Origin: an uncultured delta proteobacterium | GTDB taxonomy: Bacteria > Myxococcota > Myxococcia > Myxococcales > Myxococcaceae | NCBI GenBank assembly: GCA_963771175.1 | Contig: CAVYSY010000011.1 | Coordinates: 145,032-209,031 of the forward strand | DNA: 64,000 bases | Direction of reading: 5' to 3' | Part shown: positions 10,155 to 19,360 of the stretch, in pieces | Numbering within the stretch: the first letter of the stretch is position 1 | Layout of the letters: the number at the start of each line of letters is the position of its first letter | Translations under genes and position numbers: made by a program | Notes under the pieces: model-generated | The model's database searches: none | Seen by the model: only the letters and a program-made list of their open reading frames with translations | What the model was told of the DNA's origin: nothing

Positions 10155-11365
10155 TCAAATTTCCAACAGGAGCCGAGTGGGGTCCTCGATGCAGTCCTTG
10201 ATGCGAATGAGGAACTGCACCGCCTCGCGACCGTCGATGAGCCGGTGGTCGTAGGAGAGGGCGAGGTACATGATGGGGCGGATGACGACCTGGCCGTTGC
10301 GGGCCACGGGGCGCTCCACGATGTTGTGCATCCCCAGGATGCCCGTCTGCGGCGGGTTGAGGATGGGGGTGGAGAGCATCGAGCCGAAGATGCCGCCGTT
10401 GGTGATGGTGAAGGTGCCGCCCTGCAGCTCGGCGAGCGTGAGCTTGTCGTTGCGAGCGCGCACGCCGTAGTCGCCGATCTTCTTCTCCATGTCGGCCAGG
10501 GACAGGCGTGTCCGCGTCGCGGACGACGGGCACCACGAGGCCGCGCGAGCCGCTCACCGCCACGCCGATGTCGTAGTAGTGCTTGAAGACGACGTCGTCG
10601 CCGTCGATCTCCGCGTTGACCTGGGGGAAGGCCTTGAGGGCCTCGACGGCCGCGCGCACGAAGAAGCTCATGAAGCCGAGCTTGACGCCGTGCTTGGCCT
10701 GGAACTTCTCGTTGTACTGCTTGCGCAGGTCCATCACCGCGCCCATGTCCACCTCGTTGAAGGTGGTGAGGATGGCGGCGGTGGACTGGGCCTGGAGCGA
10801 GGCGCTCGGCGACGCGGCGGCGCAGCGGCGTCATCTTCACGCGCTCCTCGCGGTCGGCGCGCGGGCGCGGGCCGGAGGGAGCGGGGGCCGGAGCCGGAGC
10901 GCGCTGGGCGGGAGCCTCGGCCGGGCGGTTGAGCTGACCGAGCACGTCCTCCTTGGTGATGCGGCCGCCGGTGCCGGAGCCCTTGAGCTGGCCCACGTCC
11001 ACCTTGTTCTCCTCGGCGATCTTCCGGGCGGTGGGCGTGATGCGCGCATCGGTCGCGGCGGACGCCGCGGCGACGGGGGCGGGAGCAGCGGCGGGAGCGG
11101 GAGTGGCCGTCGGAGCAGAGGCAGCGGCCCCGGCCTCGATGGTGCCCAGCACGTCGCCCACGCGCACCTTGTCGCCCTCCTGGAAGGCGATGGTGAGCAG
11201 GGCACCGCCGGCGGGAGAGGGCACGTCGACGGTGACCTTGTCGGTCTCGAGGACGACGAGCGGCTCGTCCGCGGTGACGGCGTCACCCTTCTTCTTGTTC
11301 CACTTTCCGACGACGGCTTCAGTGATGGACTCGCCCAGGGGCGGGACTTTCAGTTCAACGGCCAT
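10155..11365 (-). CDS. sucB: 2-oxoglutarate dehydrogenase E2, dihydrolipoyl succinyltransferase (apparent frameshifts near 10800 and 10505)
   Basis: Lipoyl motif ETDKV; E3-binding [13 protein letters not shown]; catalytic [13 protein letters not shown]. Pieces lie in ORFs 10109, 10144 and 10155. Confidence 0.95.
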
Positions 11366-14246
11366 TCTTGGTTCCTCGGAGGATGGCTTCCTCGACGATG
11401 AGCTGCTGCTCCAGGTTGTGCGTCTGGTAGAAGCCGGTAGCGGGGCTCGCGGCTTCCGCGCGCCCGATGTAGCCCACCTTCAGCGGGTTCTGGCCTCGGG
11501 CCGCGGCCAGGTCATGCAGGCGGGGGTACATGAAGTGCCAGGCGCCCGAGTTGCGAGGCTCCTCCTGGACCCAGAGGAGCTCGGTGAGCTTCGGCATCTT
11601 CGCGACGAGGCCTGCCAGCTCGTCGACGGGGAAGGGGTAGAGCTGCTCCACGCGCACGATGGCGATGGAGTTGTCCTTGCGCTCGTCCCGGGCCTTGACC
11701 AGGTCGTAGTAGACCTTGCCGGTGCACAGCAGCAGGCGCGTCACGCCGGCCGGGTCCACCTTGTCGAGGATGACCTCCTGGAAGGTGCCGGTGGCGAGCT
11801 CCTCCAGCTTGCTCGTCGCCTCGGGGCGGCGCAGCAGGCTCTTGGGCGACATGATGACGAGCGGCTTGCGCAGCGGGCGCAGCACCTGGCGACGCAGCAG
11901 GTGGAAGATCTGCGCGGGCGTGGTGGGGTAGACCACCTGGATGTTGTCCTCGGCGCACAGGTCGAGGAAGCGCTCCAGGCGGGCGCTGGAGTGCTCCGGA
12001 CCCTGGCCCTCGTAGCCGTGCGGCAGGAGCAGCGTGATGCCGCTGAGCCGCCGCCACTTGGTCTCCGCCGCGGCGATGAACTGGTCGATGATGATTTGAG
12101 CGCCGTTGGCGAAGTCGCCGAACTGGGCCTCCCAGATGACGAGCCCGTCCGGCACGTCGAGGCTGTAGCCGTACTCGAAGCCCAGCACGCCCATCTCGGA
12201 CAGGGGGCTGTTGATGACGTCGAAGCGAGCCCGGCCGGTGGAGAACTGGTTCAGCGGCGTGAACTTCTCATTCGTCTTCACGTCGTGCAGCACGGCGTGG
12301 CGGTGGCTGAAGGTGCCGCGCTCGCAGTCCTGGCCGCTCAGGCGGATGGCGTAGCCCTCGGAGAGCAGCGTGGCGTAGGCCAGCGACTCGCCCTCGCTCC
12401 ACTGCAGCTCCTCCGTCTGCAGCATGCCCTGGCGCTTCTTGAGCACCGTGCGCTCCACGTCGCGGTGGACGTTGAAGCCCTCGGGCACCTCGGCCAGCCG
12501 CTTCAGGGCGCCGCGCAGCGTCTCCTTGTCCACCGCGGTGGACACCTGCGGCGCGCCCTTGTGCTGCCCGCCCTTGTAGGGCTTCCACAGGCCCTCCAGC
12601 GCGCTCGGCTCCTTGAACTGGCTCTCCGCGCGGGCGCGGGTGAGCGCCGCGTCGAACTCCTGCAGGCAGCGCTGCTTGAGGGCCTCGGACTCCTCCGCGG
12701 GGATGCGGCCCTTCTCCGCGAGCTGCTGCGCGTAGAGCGTCCGCACCGTCGGGTGCTTGCGGATGATGTCGTACATCTGTGGCTGCGTGAACGAGGGGTC
12801 ATCGCCCTCGTTGTGGCCGTAGCGGCGGTAGCAGACGAGGTCGATGACCACGTCGCTCTTGAAGGTCTGCCGGTACTCGGCCACCAGGCGCGCCACGTGG
12901 ATGCACGCCTCCGGATCATCCCCGTTCACGTGGAAGATGGGGACGTCCAGCATCTGCGCCAGCGCCGTGGAGTAGATGGAGCTGCGCGACTCCTCGGGGT
13001 CGGTGGTGAAGCCCACCTGGTTGTTGATGACCAGGTGCATCGTGCCGCCCGTCTCGTAGCCCTTGAGGCGCGCCATGTTGAGCGTCTCGGCCACCACGCC
13101 CTGGCCGATGAAGGCCGCGTCGCCGTGGATGAGCACCGGCATCACCTTGGTGCGCCCGGTGTCACCGCTGCGGTCCTGCTTGGCGCGAACGCGCCCCTCC
13201 ACCACCGGGTCCACCGCCTCCAGGTGGCTGGGGTTGAAGGCCAGCGACAGGTGGATGTTCTGCCCGCCGCGCGTGGCGTGGTCCGAGCTGAAGCCCATGT
13301 GGTACTTCACGTCGCCGCGGCCCATGTGCTGCTTGGGGTCCTGCGGGCCCTCGAACTCGCTGAAGATCTGATCCGGCTTCTTGCCCAGGATGTTCGTCAG
13401 CACGTTGAGGCGGCCGCGGTGGGCCATGCCGATGACGACCTCCTTGAGGCCCATGTCACCGCCCACCTCGAGCACGGTGTCCATCATGGGCACCAGAGCC
13501 TCGCCGCCATCGAGCGCGAAGCGCTTGGCGCCGACGAACTTGGTGTGCAGGAAGTTCTCGAAGCCCTCGGCGTAGGACAGCTTGGTGAGGATGTGGCGCT
13601 GCTCGTCCACCGAGAAGTCCGTGCGGTTCTCGGTGTACTCCATGCGCCGCATCAGCCAGCGCCGCCGCTCGCTGTCGAGCATGTACATGAACTCGACGCC
13701 GATGGAGCCGGTGTACGTGCGGCGCAGCCGGACCATCAGCTCCTTGAGCTTCACCCGGGCCTCGGGGAAGACGCCGGCGCTCTCCACCATCTGCTCCTGC
13801 TCGGTGGAGGAGAAGTGCGCGTCGTCCACCAGGCCGATGTCCGCCATGTGCTCCAGCGGCGGGCGCGGGCGGCCCAGTGGATCCAGCTTCGCGCGCAGGT
13901 GGCCGCGCAGGCGGAAGGCCGAGATGGCCTGGTCCACCCGGGCCTGCAGCTTCATGTCCTGCTCGAAGGCCACCGTGGGCGCCGTCTGCGGGGCCAGCGC
14001 CACCGCGCCGCCGCTGCTCTCGGCCTTGGGGGCCTTGCCGCCCTTGCCCTCCTTGCCGGGTAGGACCGGCGCGGGTGGCTCGATGAGGGTCTTGTTGTAG
14101 ATGGGTCGGCCGGCGCCGTCGTTGCGGTCGAACACCTCGCGCCAGCTCGGGTCCACGCTGGTCGGATCCTCGAGGTAGCGCGCGTAGAGCCCCTCGATGA
14201 AGTCGATGTTTCCGCCGGAGAGGTACGAGTCCTGGAAATTCGCCAT
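11355..14246 (-). CDS. sucA: 2-oxoglutarate dehydrogenase E1
   Basis: GMAHRGRLN, GDVKYH, HGDAAF, RYGHNEGD, WEAQFGDF, PHGYEGQGPEHSSAR; start ATG 14246 (MANFQDS). Confidence 0.98.
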   Translation of the reverse strand: MANFQDSYLSGGNIDFIEGLYARYLEDPTSVDPSWREVFDRNDGAGRPIYNKTLIEPPAPVLPGKEGKGGKAPKAESSGGAVALAPQTAPTVAFEQDMKLQARVDQAISAFRLRGHLRAKLDPLGRPRPPLEHMADIGLVDDAHFSSTEQEQMVESAGVFPEARVKLKELMVRLRRTYTGSIGVEFMYMLDSERRRWLMRRMEYTENRTDFSVDEQRHILTKLSYAEGFENFLHTKFVGAKRFALDGGEALVPMMDTVLEVGGDMGLKEVVIGMAHRGRLNVLTNILGKKPDQIFSEFEGPQDPKQHMGRGDVKYHMGFSSDHATRGGQNIHLSLAFNPSHLEAVDPVVEGRVRAKQDRSGDTGRTKVMPVLIHGDAAFIGQGVVAETLNMARLKGYETGGTMHLVINNQVGFTTDPEESRSSIYSTALAQMLDVPIFHVNGDDPEACIHVARLVAEYRQTFKSDVVIDLVCYRRYGHNEGDDPSFTQPQMYDIIRKHPTVRTLYAQQLAEKGRIPAEESEALKQRCLQEFDAALTRARAESQFKEPSALEGLWKPYKGGQHKGAPQVSTAVDKETLRGALKRLAEVPEGFNVHRDVERTVLKKRQGMLQTEELQWSEGESLAYATLLSEGYAIRLSGQDCERGTFSHRHAVLHDVKTNEKFTPLNQFSTGRARFDVINSPLSEMGVLGFEYGYSLDVPDGLVIWEAQFGDFANGAQIIIDQFIAAAETKWRRLSGITLLLPHGYEGQGPEHSSARLERFLDLCAEDNIQVVYPTTPAQIFHLLRRQVLRPLRKPLVIMSPKSLLRRPEATSKLEELATGTFQEVILDKVDPAGVTRLLLCTGKVYYDLVKARDERKDNSIAIVRVEQLYPFPVDELAGLVAKMPKLTELLWVQEEPRNSGAWHFMYPRLHDLAAARGQNPLKVGYIGRAEAASPATGFYQTHNLEQQLIVEEAILRGTKNGR

Positions 14247-14736
14247 GGCGTGCTGTCTTTTACTGGAAGGCCGCCCCGTTGGGGGGTTTTCGGCGTAATT
14301 TGTTGAAAGGGGAGCCCTGGCTCCCAGTCTTTCGCCGCCGGGGTGAGCAGCAGGATTCATGCGCCATGTGAGCGCGCCTTCATCCCCTGTTTTTTCCGGG
14401 CCTCCGCACGAGCCAGGGCTCCTGCTTCCCCGTTGCAGGCAGGGCCCGTCGTCAGCGGGCCGCTGATGTAGTTAACGCGTTGCTCCCAAGGAGAAAAGGA
14501 GGCTCTTGGGACGCTGCCCCGCCCAGCGTGCGGGCATGCCGACCCTCGGAACGTCCCCGCCCTTCCAATCGACTGGAAGTGATGTGGGGGGAGGTGCGGT
14601 GCTTCTGGTTGACGAGAAGTGGAGTCCCCTGGCCCGTCTGGCGGCGCGTCACCCGGTGACGGAGGGTGTCTACCTGCCCCGAGCGGGGAGTGGGCCCTGC
14701 GTGCGGCGGCCTTCCACCCCACCCACGTGGAGGCGG

Positions 14737-15123
14737 TCATGATGTGACCGGGCGGGGCGGGTCTCCTTTCTTGGGCGCGGTGTCGAACACCTTCGCCAGG
14801 TGCTCCAGCACGCGGAGCTTTCCCGGCGGCAGTCCGTGCAGGTTCGCCAGGAGGCGCCGCAACTCCGGAGACTCCTCCGGGGGAGCCTGGGGAGGGGGTA
14901 CTTCCAGCGGGCCGAGGCCGAGGAGCGCGGTCGCGGAGACGTTCAGGACGGCGCACAGCTCCTGCAGCTTGTTGACGCTGGGCAACCCGCTGCCGCGTTC
15001 GAGTCGCCCGTACACCGCTGGGACGAGCCCCACGGCCTGGGCGACCTGCGCCTGGGTGAGTCCCTGGTGCTGCCGGGCCACACGAAGTCGTTTGCCCAGG
15101 CAGGGTTGCAGCTCTTCATTCAT
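14737..15123 (-). CDS. XRE-family helix-turn-helix regulator
   Basis: LGKRLRVARQHQGLTQAQVAQAVGLVPAVYGRLERGSGLPSV...LNVSATALLG. Confidence 0.85.
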   Translation of the reverse strand: MNEELQPCLGKRLRVARQHQGLTQAQVAQAVGLVPAVYGRLERGSGLPSVNKLQELCAVLNVSATALLGLGPLEVPPPQAPPEESPELRRLLANLHGLPPGKLRVLEHLAKVFDTAPKKGDPPRPVTS

Positions 15124-15371
15124 GCGGAGCACCCAAGAAAGAGGAGAGCGCCGGCCTGGATGGACGATGCTTTCCCTCTGCGTACTCTACCTCGCCGGAC
15201 ACCCGAGCGTCAGCGACCTACGGCGTTTCCTCGGAGGCTCGGTGGGTGCTCTCGGGGGCGGCCCCTCCGCTCCTCCTGCGCGACCGGCTATCTTCCGTGC
15301 TGCCCCTGACCTCCGGGAGTGGTAAACCGCCCGGACTTCCACTCTTCATTCCTACCCGGAAAGGCCTTCGC

Positions 15372-16208
15372 ATGCTGTTGCAGGGCAAGAAGCTCCTCAT
15401 CACCGGAGTGCTCACCCCCCAGTCGCTCGCCTACGGCGTGGCGGAGCACGCGCTGGAGCAGGGAGCGGACATCGTTCTCACCGGCTTCGGCCGCGCGCGC
15501 TCGCTCACGGAGCGCAGCGCGAAGCGACTCAAGGCGGGCACCGAGGTGCTGGAGCTGGACGTCACCAACCCCGCGCACTTCCCCGCCCTCACCGAGGCGC
15601 TGCGCCAGCGCTGGGGCCGGGTGGACGGCGTGCTCCACTCCATCGCCTATGCCCCCGAGGACGCGCTCGGCGGCAACTTCCTCAACACCCCCTGGGAGAG
15701 CGTCCAGACCGCGTTCCGCATCTCGGCCTTCTCCCTCAAGGAGCTGGCCGTGGCGGCGATGCCGCTGATGACGCAGGGCGGCTCCATCGTCACGCTGGAC
15801 TTCGACAACCGCGTGGCCTGGCCCATCTACGACTGGATGGGGGTGTGCAAGGCGGCCCTGGAGGCCACGGTGCGCTACCTCGCCAGGGACCTGGGCCCCA
15901 AGGGCATCCGGGTCAACGCCCTGGCCGCCGGCCCGCTGGCCACCATTGCCGCCAAGGGCATCCCTGGCTTCAAGTCCCTCGAGAAGGGGTGGGGGGCCCA
16001 GGCGCCTCTGGGGTGGGATGCCCGCACCAGCCACGACATGGTGGCTCGCACCGCGTGTGCGCTTCTCTCCGACTGGCTGCCCTCCACCACGGGGGAGATG
16101 GTACACGTGGACGGCGGCTACCACGCCATCGGGGCGCCCCCGGTGGATTCCACCGCCGATGAGAAGGAGGGGGGCGGCGAATCAGGAACCCCGCCCTCGG
16201 CTGGCTGA
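15372..16208 (+). CDS. fabI: Enoyl-ACP reductase (FabI/InhA-like)
   Basis: GKKLLITGV, DGVLHSIAYAP, YDWMGVCKAALE (Y-x6-K), TGEMVHVDGG. Confidence 0.93.
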   Translation: MLLQGKKLLITGVLTPQSLAYGVAEHALEQGADIVLTGFGRARSLTERSAKRLKAGTEVLELDVTNPAHFPALTEALRQRWGRVDGVLHSIAYAPEDALGGNFLNTPWESVQTAFRISAFSLKELAVAAMPLMTQGGSIVTLDFDNRVAWPIYDWMGVCKAALEATVRYLARDLGPKGIRVNALAAGPLATIAAKGIPGFKSLEKGWGAQAPLGWDARTSHDMVARTACALLSDWLPSTTGEMVHVDGGYHAIGAPPVDSTADEKEGGGESGTPPSAG

Positions 16209-16355
16209 CCGCTTCCCGGCGGGACGGGCTTGGTTTTCCGTCCCGTCCCAGAGTTTCGATCGCCCCCGCTTTTGCTGGATGGCGGGGTCAAGATACAGTC
16301 TCATCGTTTCCTTCACCCGGGTCCCGATCTTCGTGCCCCGGCAGGAGCCCTGGGT

Positions 16356-16733
16356 TTGAGCGCCAACATCCTCCTCGTGGATGACAGCCCGACCGTACGC
16401 AACATCCTCAAGATCTATCTCATGAACCTGAAGATGGGGTTCGTCGAGGCAGAGGATGCGACTCGGGCGTTGCAGCTCCTCCGGCTGGTGCCGGTGAAGC
16501 TGGTCATCGCGGATATCAACATGCCGGGTATGGACGGCATTACCTTCGTGAAGCAGGTGCGCCAGAGTCCTCTGTCGCACGTGCGAGACGTTCCAGTCAT
16601 CCTGCTCACGGGCGAGCGGGGCGGCGACCTGCGGCAGCGGGGCGTCGAGGCCGGAGCCAACGCCTTCATCAACAAGCCGGTTTCCCATCACGACCTGACG
16701 GAAACCGTGCGCAAGTTCCTGGCCCAGAACTGA
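16356..16733 (+). CDS. CheY-like response regulator
   Basis: TTG start after CAGGAG; ILLVDDS, ADINMPGMDG, ILLTG, FINKP. Confidence 0.9.
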   Translation: MSANILLVDDSPTVRNILKIYLMNLKMGFVEAEDATRALQLLRLVPVKLVIADINMPGMDGITFVKQVRQSPLSHVRDVPVILLTGERGGDLRQRGVEAGANAFINKPVSHHDLTETVRKFLAQN

Positions 16734-16743
16734 GAGCCGAGCC

Positions 16744-17610
16744 GTGAGCCTCCCGTCCCTGCTCCTCGTCGATGACAGTGATGCCATCCTGGCGCTCGAG
16801 CGCGCCATCCTCTCTGGTCATTACGCGCTGAACACCGCGAGTAATGGCAAGGAGGCGCTCGAGAAGGTCAGCCGCGTCCAGCCCGCCGCCATCCTGTTGG
16901 ATCTCTCCATGCCGGAGATGGATGGAGATGAGGTGCTCAAGCGGCTGAAGGCGGACCCCGCCACGGTCCACATCCCGGTCATCATCATCTCCTCGGAGGC
17001 GGCGCGGGCGGAGGCGTGCCTGTCGCTGGGCGCGGAGCTCTTCCTGGCCAAGCCCTTCCGCGCCGACGAGCTGCTGACGGCGGTGGAGAACGCGCTGGAG
17101 AACGCAAGGCGCCGGGCCCGGGTGGGCTCCATGGCCCTGCTGCGGCTCACGGTGGGGGGCCTGGAGTTCTCCATCCCCCTGGAGGCGGTGCGCCAGGTCA
17201 TCCTCCAACCCGCCACGCGCCCGCTGCCGCTGGGGCCGGCGTACATGTCCGAGTTCTTCGAGCTGCGCGGCCAGCCCGTGTGCGTGCTGGACCTGGCGCG
17301 CCGGCTGGACGTGGAGCACCGCGAGGTCGTCGAGGAGCGCAAGCTGGTCATCCTGGAGATCGACGAAGTGCTGCTGGCGCTGAGCGTGGATGCGGTGCAG
17401 GACCCGGAGGAGTACCAGGCCTCGGACATCGAGCGGCGCGAGCGCGTCGGAGGCTCCGGACACGGGGTGTTGCGTGACACGCTGCTGGGCATGCTCCGGG
17501 CCGGAGAGCGTTCGGTGCCCATCTTCGATCCGAGGGCCTTCGCCACGCAGGAACTGCTGCGCGAGGCGATCGAGGCGCTCCGGCCGGCGGGGGTGGAGCG
17601 CAGCGCATGA
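16744..17610 (+). CDS. Receiver-CheW hybrid protein
   Basis: N-terminal LLLVDDS...LDLSMPEMDG...LAKPF; C-terminal CheW (FSIPLEAVRQVI, FELRGQPVCVLDLARRL). Confidence 0.88.
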   Translation: MSLPSLLLVDDSDAILALERAILSGHYALNTASNGKEALEKVSRVQPAAILLDLSMPEMDGDEVLKRLKADPATVHIPVIIISSEAARAEACLSLGAELFLAKPFRADELLTAVENALENARRRARVGSMALLRLTVGGLEFSIPLEAVRQVILQPATRPLPLGPAYMSEFFELRGQPVCVLDLARRLDVEHREVVEERKLVILEIDEVLLALSVDAVQDPEEYQASDIERRERVGGSGHGVLRDTLLGMLRAGERSVPIFDPRAFATQELLREAIEALRPAGVERSA

Positions 17611-18818
17611 GTACGGGGGTGGAGCCGCAGCAGCTGCTCGCGCGGGCGCGCGAGGTCGTCTCGTCGTGCACGGGTTTCCGCGACACGGCCATCTCGCCCA
17701 CGGCGGTGGATCGCGTGATGCGCGCGGAGCTGGCGCGTGGACGTTCCGTCGCGGAGCTGATGGCGGAGCTGCAGCGGCCCGGCGCGCCGCTGGCGCGGGC
17801 GCTGCTGGATGCCGTGCTGGTGGGCGAGACGTACTTCTTCCGCCACCCGGAGCAGTTCCGCTTCCTCGCCGCCGAGGCGGCGCCCGCGGCGTTGCGCCGG
17901 GGCAACTTCGTGCTGCGCGGCTGGAGCGCGGGCTGCGCCTCCGGTGAGGAGGCCTACTCCATCGCCGCGTGCCTGCTGGGCATGGCGCCTTCGGGCGTGC
18001 GCGTGGAGGTGATCGGCACCGACCTGCACGAGGGGCGCCTGGAGTACGCGCGCCGGGGAACCTACGGGAACTGGTCCCGCCGCGAGGCCGGGCCGCTCCT
18101 CTATCCCGTCTACCACGACATCGGCGAGGGACGGGTGAGCGTGCTGGAGCCCGTGCGCGCCGTTACCCGCTTCGCCCAGGGCAACCTGCTGGAGCCCTTG
18201 GCGGAGAGCTTCGGCCGCTTCGACGTCATCTTCTGCCGCAACGTGCTGACGTACTTCTCGCCGGAGGCGGTGCGCACGGCGCTGGGGCACCTGGCGAACG
18301 CGCTCGTTCCGGGCGGCTTCCTGCTGCTGGGCACGGTGGAGGTGGACCATCCGCCCGCGGGGCTGGTGCGCGTGGGGCCTCCGGAGCTGCAGGCCTTCCG
18401 TCGGCCGCTGCCGCAGGAGCTGGCGCCTCCGCCCCGTCCCGCCCCTCGCGAGCCCGAGCCGGTCCGTGTGGCCATGCGCGTGCCGCCGCCCGCGCCCACC
18501 CCGCCGCCCGCTCCCTCTCCCGTGCGCCTGCACCTCGAGGCGCTCCAGAGCATCGAGAGCGGTGACGAGGCCGGCGCCGCCTCCACCCTGGAGACGCTGC
18601 TGGAGCAGTTCCGCGACTACATCCCCGGCATGCTGGAGCTGGCCCTGCTGCGCGAGCGCGCGGGGGCTCGCGAGGCTGCCTTCGCCCTCATGCACACCGT
18701 GCGCGACATCGCCTCCCGGCTTCCGCCGGATCTGACCATCGAGGGGCCAGAGCCGTTGCCTGCCCGATTCTACCGGGCGTCCGCTGACGCCTTCCTCACG
18801 CTGGGAGCCATCGAATGA
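17607..18818 (+). CDS. cheR: Chemotaxis methyltransferase with Pro-rich linker and C-terminal helical (TPR-like) extension
   Basis: ETYFFRHPEQF, WSAGCASGEEAYS, FDVIFCRNVLTYF. Confidence 0.93.
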   Translation: MSTGVEPQQLLARAREVVSSCTGFRDTAISPTAVDRVMRAELARGRSVAELMAELQRPGAPLARALLDAVLVGETYFFRHPEQFRFLAAEAAPAALRRGNFVLRGWSAGCASGEEAYSIAACLLGMAPSGVRVEVIGTDLHEGRLEYARRGTYGNWSRREAGPLLYPVYHDIGEGRVSVLEPVRAVTRFAQGNLLEPLAESFGRFDVIFCRNVLTYFSPEAVRTALGHLANALVPGGFLLLGTVEVDHPPAGLVRVGPPELQAFRRPLPQELAPPPRPAPREPEPVRVAMRVPPPAPTPPPAPSPVRLHLEALQSIESGDEAGAASTLETLLEQFRDYIPGMLELALLRERAGAREAAFALMHTVRDIASRLPPDLTIEGPEPLPARFYRASADAFLTLGAIE

Positions 18819-19360
18819 ATTCCAACCCACGCGGCCCCGAGGAGATTCAGGATCCCGAGGTCCGTACCCTCCTCGACGAGCGTGCGACGCGCCTGCGGGG
18901 ACGCGCCGAGGGGACGGTCGACGAGTCCGTCATCATGGTGGCCGAGTTCCCCCTGGGTGAGGAGCGGTACGCGCTGCCGCTGGATTCACTGCGCTCGGCG
19001 CTGCCGCTGCGCCTGGTGACGCCGGTGCCCCTGTCCCAGCCGCACGTCATCGGTGTGCTGCGCTACCAGGGCTCCGTGCTCTCCGCGCTCAGTCTCGCGG
19101 CGCTGCTCGGTGGCCACGGCTGGCGGCAGGATCCCGCCGTGCTGCTCGTGGTGGAGCGCGGTGACGGGGAGCTGTGCGCCCTGGACTGCGAGGCCATTCC
19201 GCGCCCGCTCAGCCTGCCCGCCGCGGCGGTGGAGGCCGCGCGCACCCACTCCGAGGGGCCGGTGATCGAGGTCCCCCTGAGCAACAACCGTCAGATCATC
19301 CACCTCATTGACCTGCCGCGCCTCTTCGCGCGCGGCGCCGGGGCGCGCAATGCCGGTTGA
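18815..19360 (+). CDS. cheW: CheW-like coupling protein
   Basis: FPLGEERYALPL, VTPVP...HVIGVLRYQG, HLIDL. Confidence 0.85.
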   Translation: MNSNPRGPEEIQDPEVRTLLDERATRLRGRAEGTVDESVIMVAEFPLGEERYALPLDSLRSALPLRLVTPVPLSQPHVIGVLRYQGSVLSALSLAALLGGHGWRQDPAVLLVVERGDGELCALDCEAIPRPLSLPAAAVEAARTHSEGPVIEVPLSNNRQIIHLIDLPRLFARGAGARNAG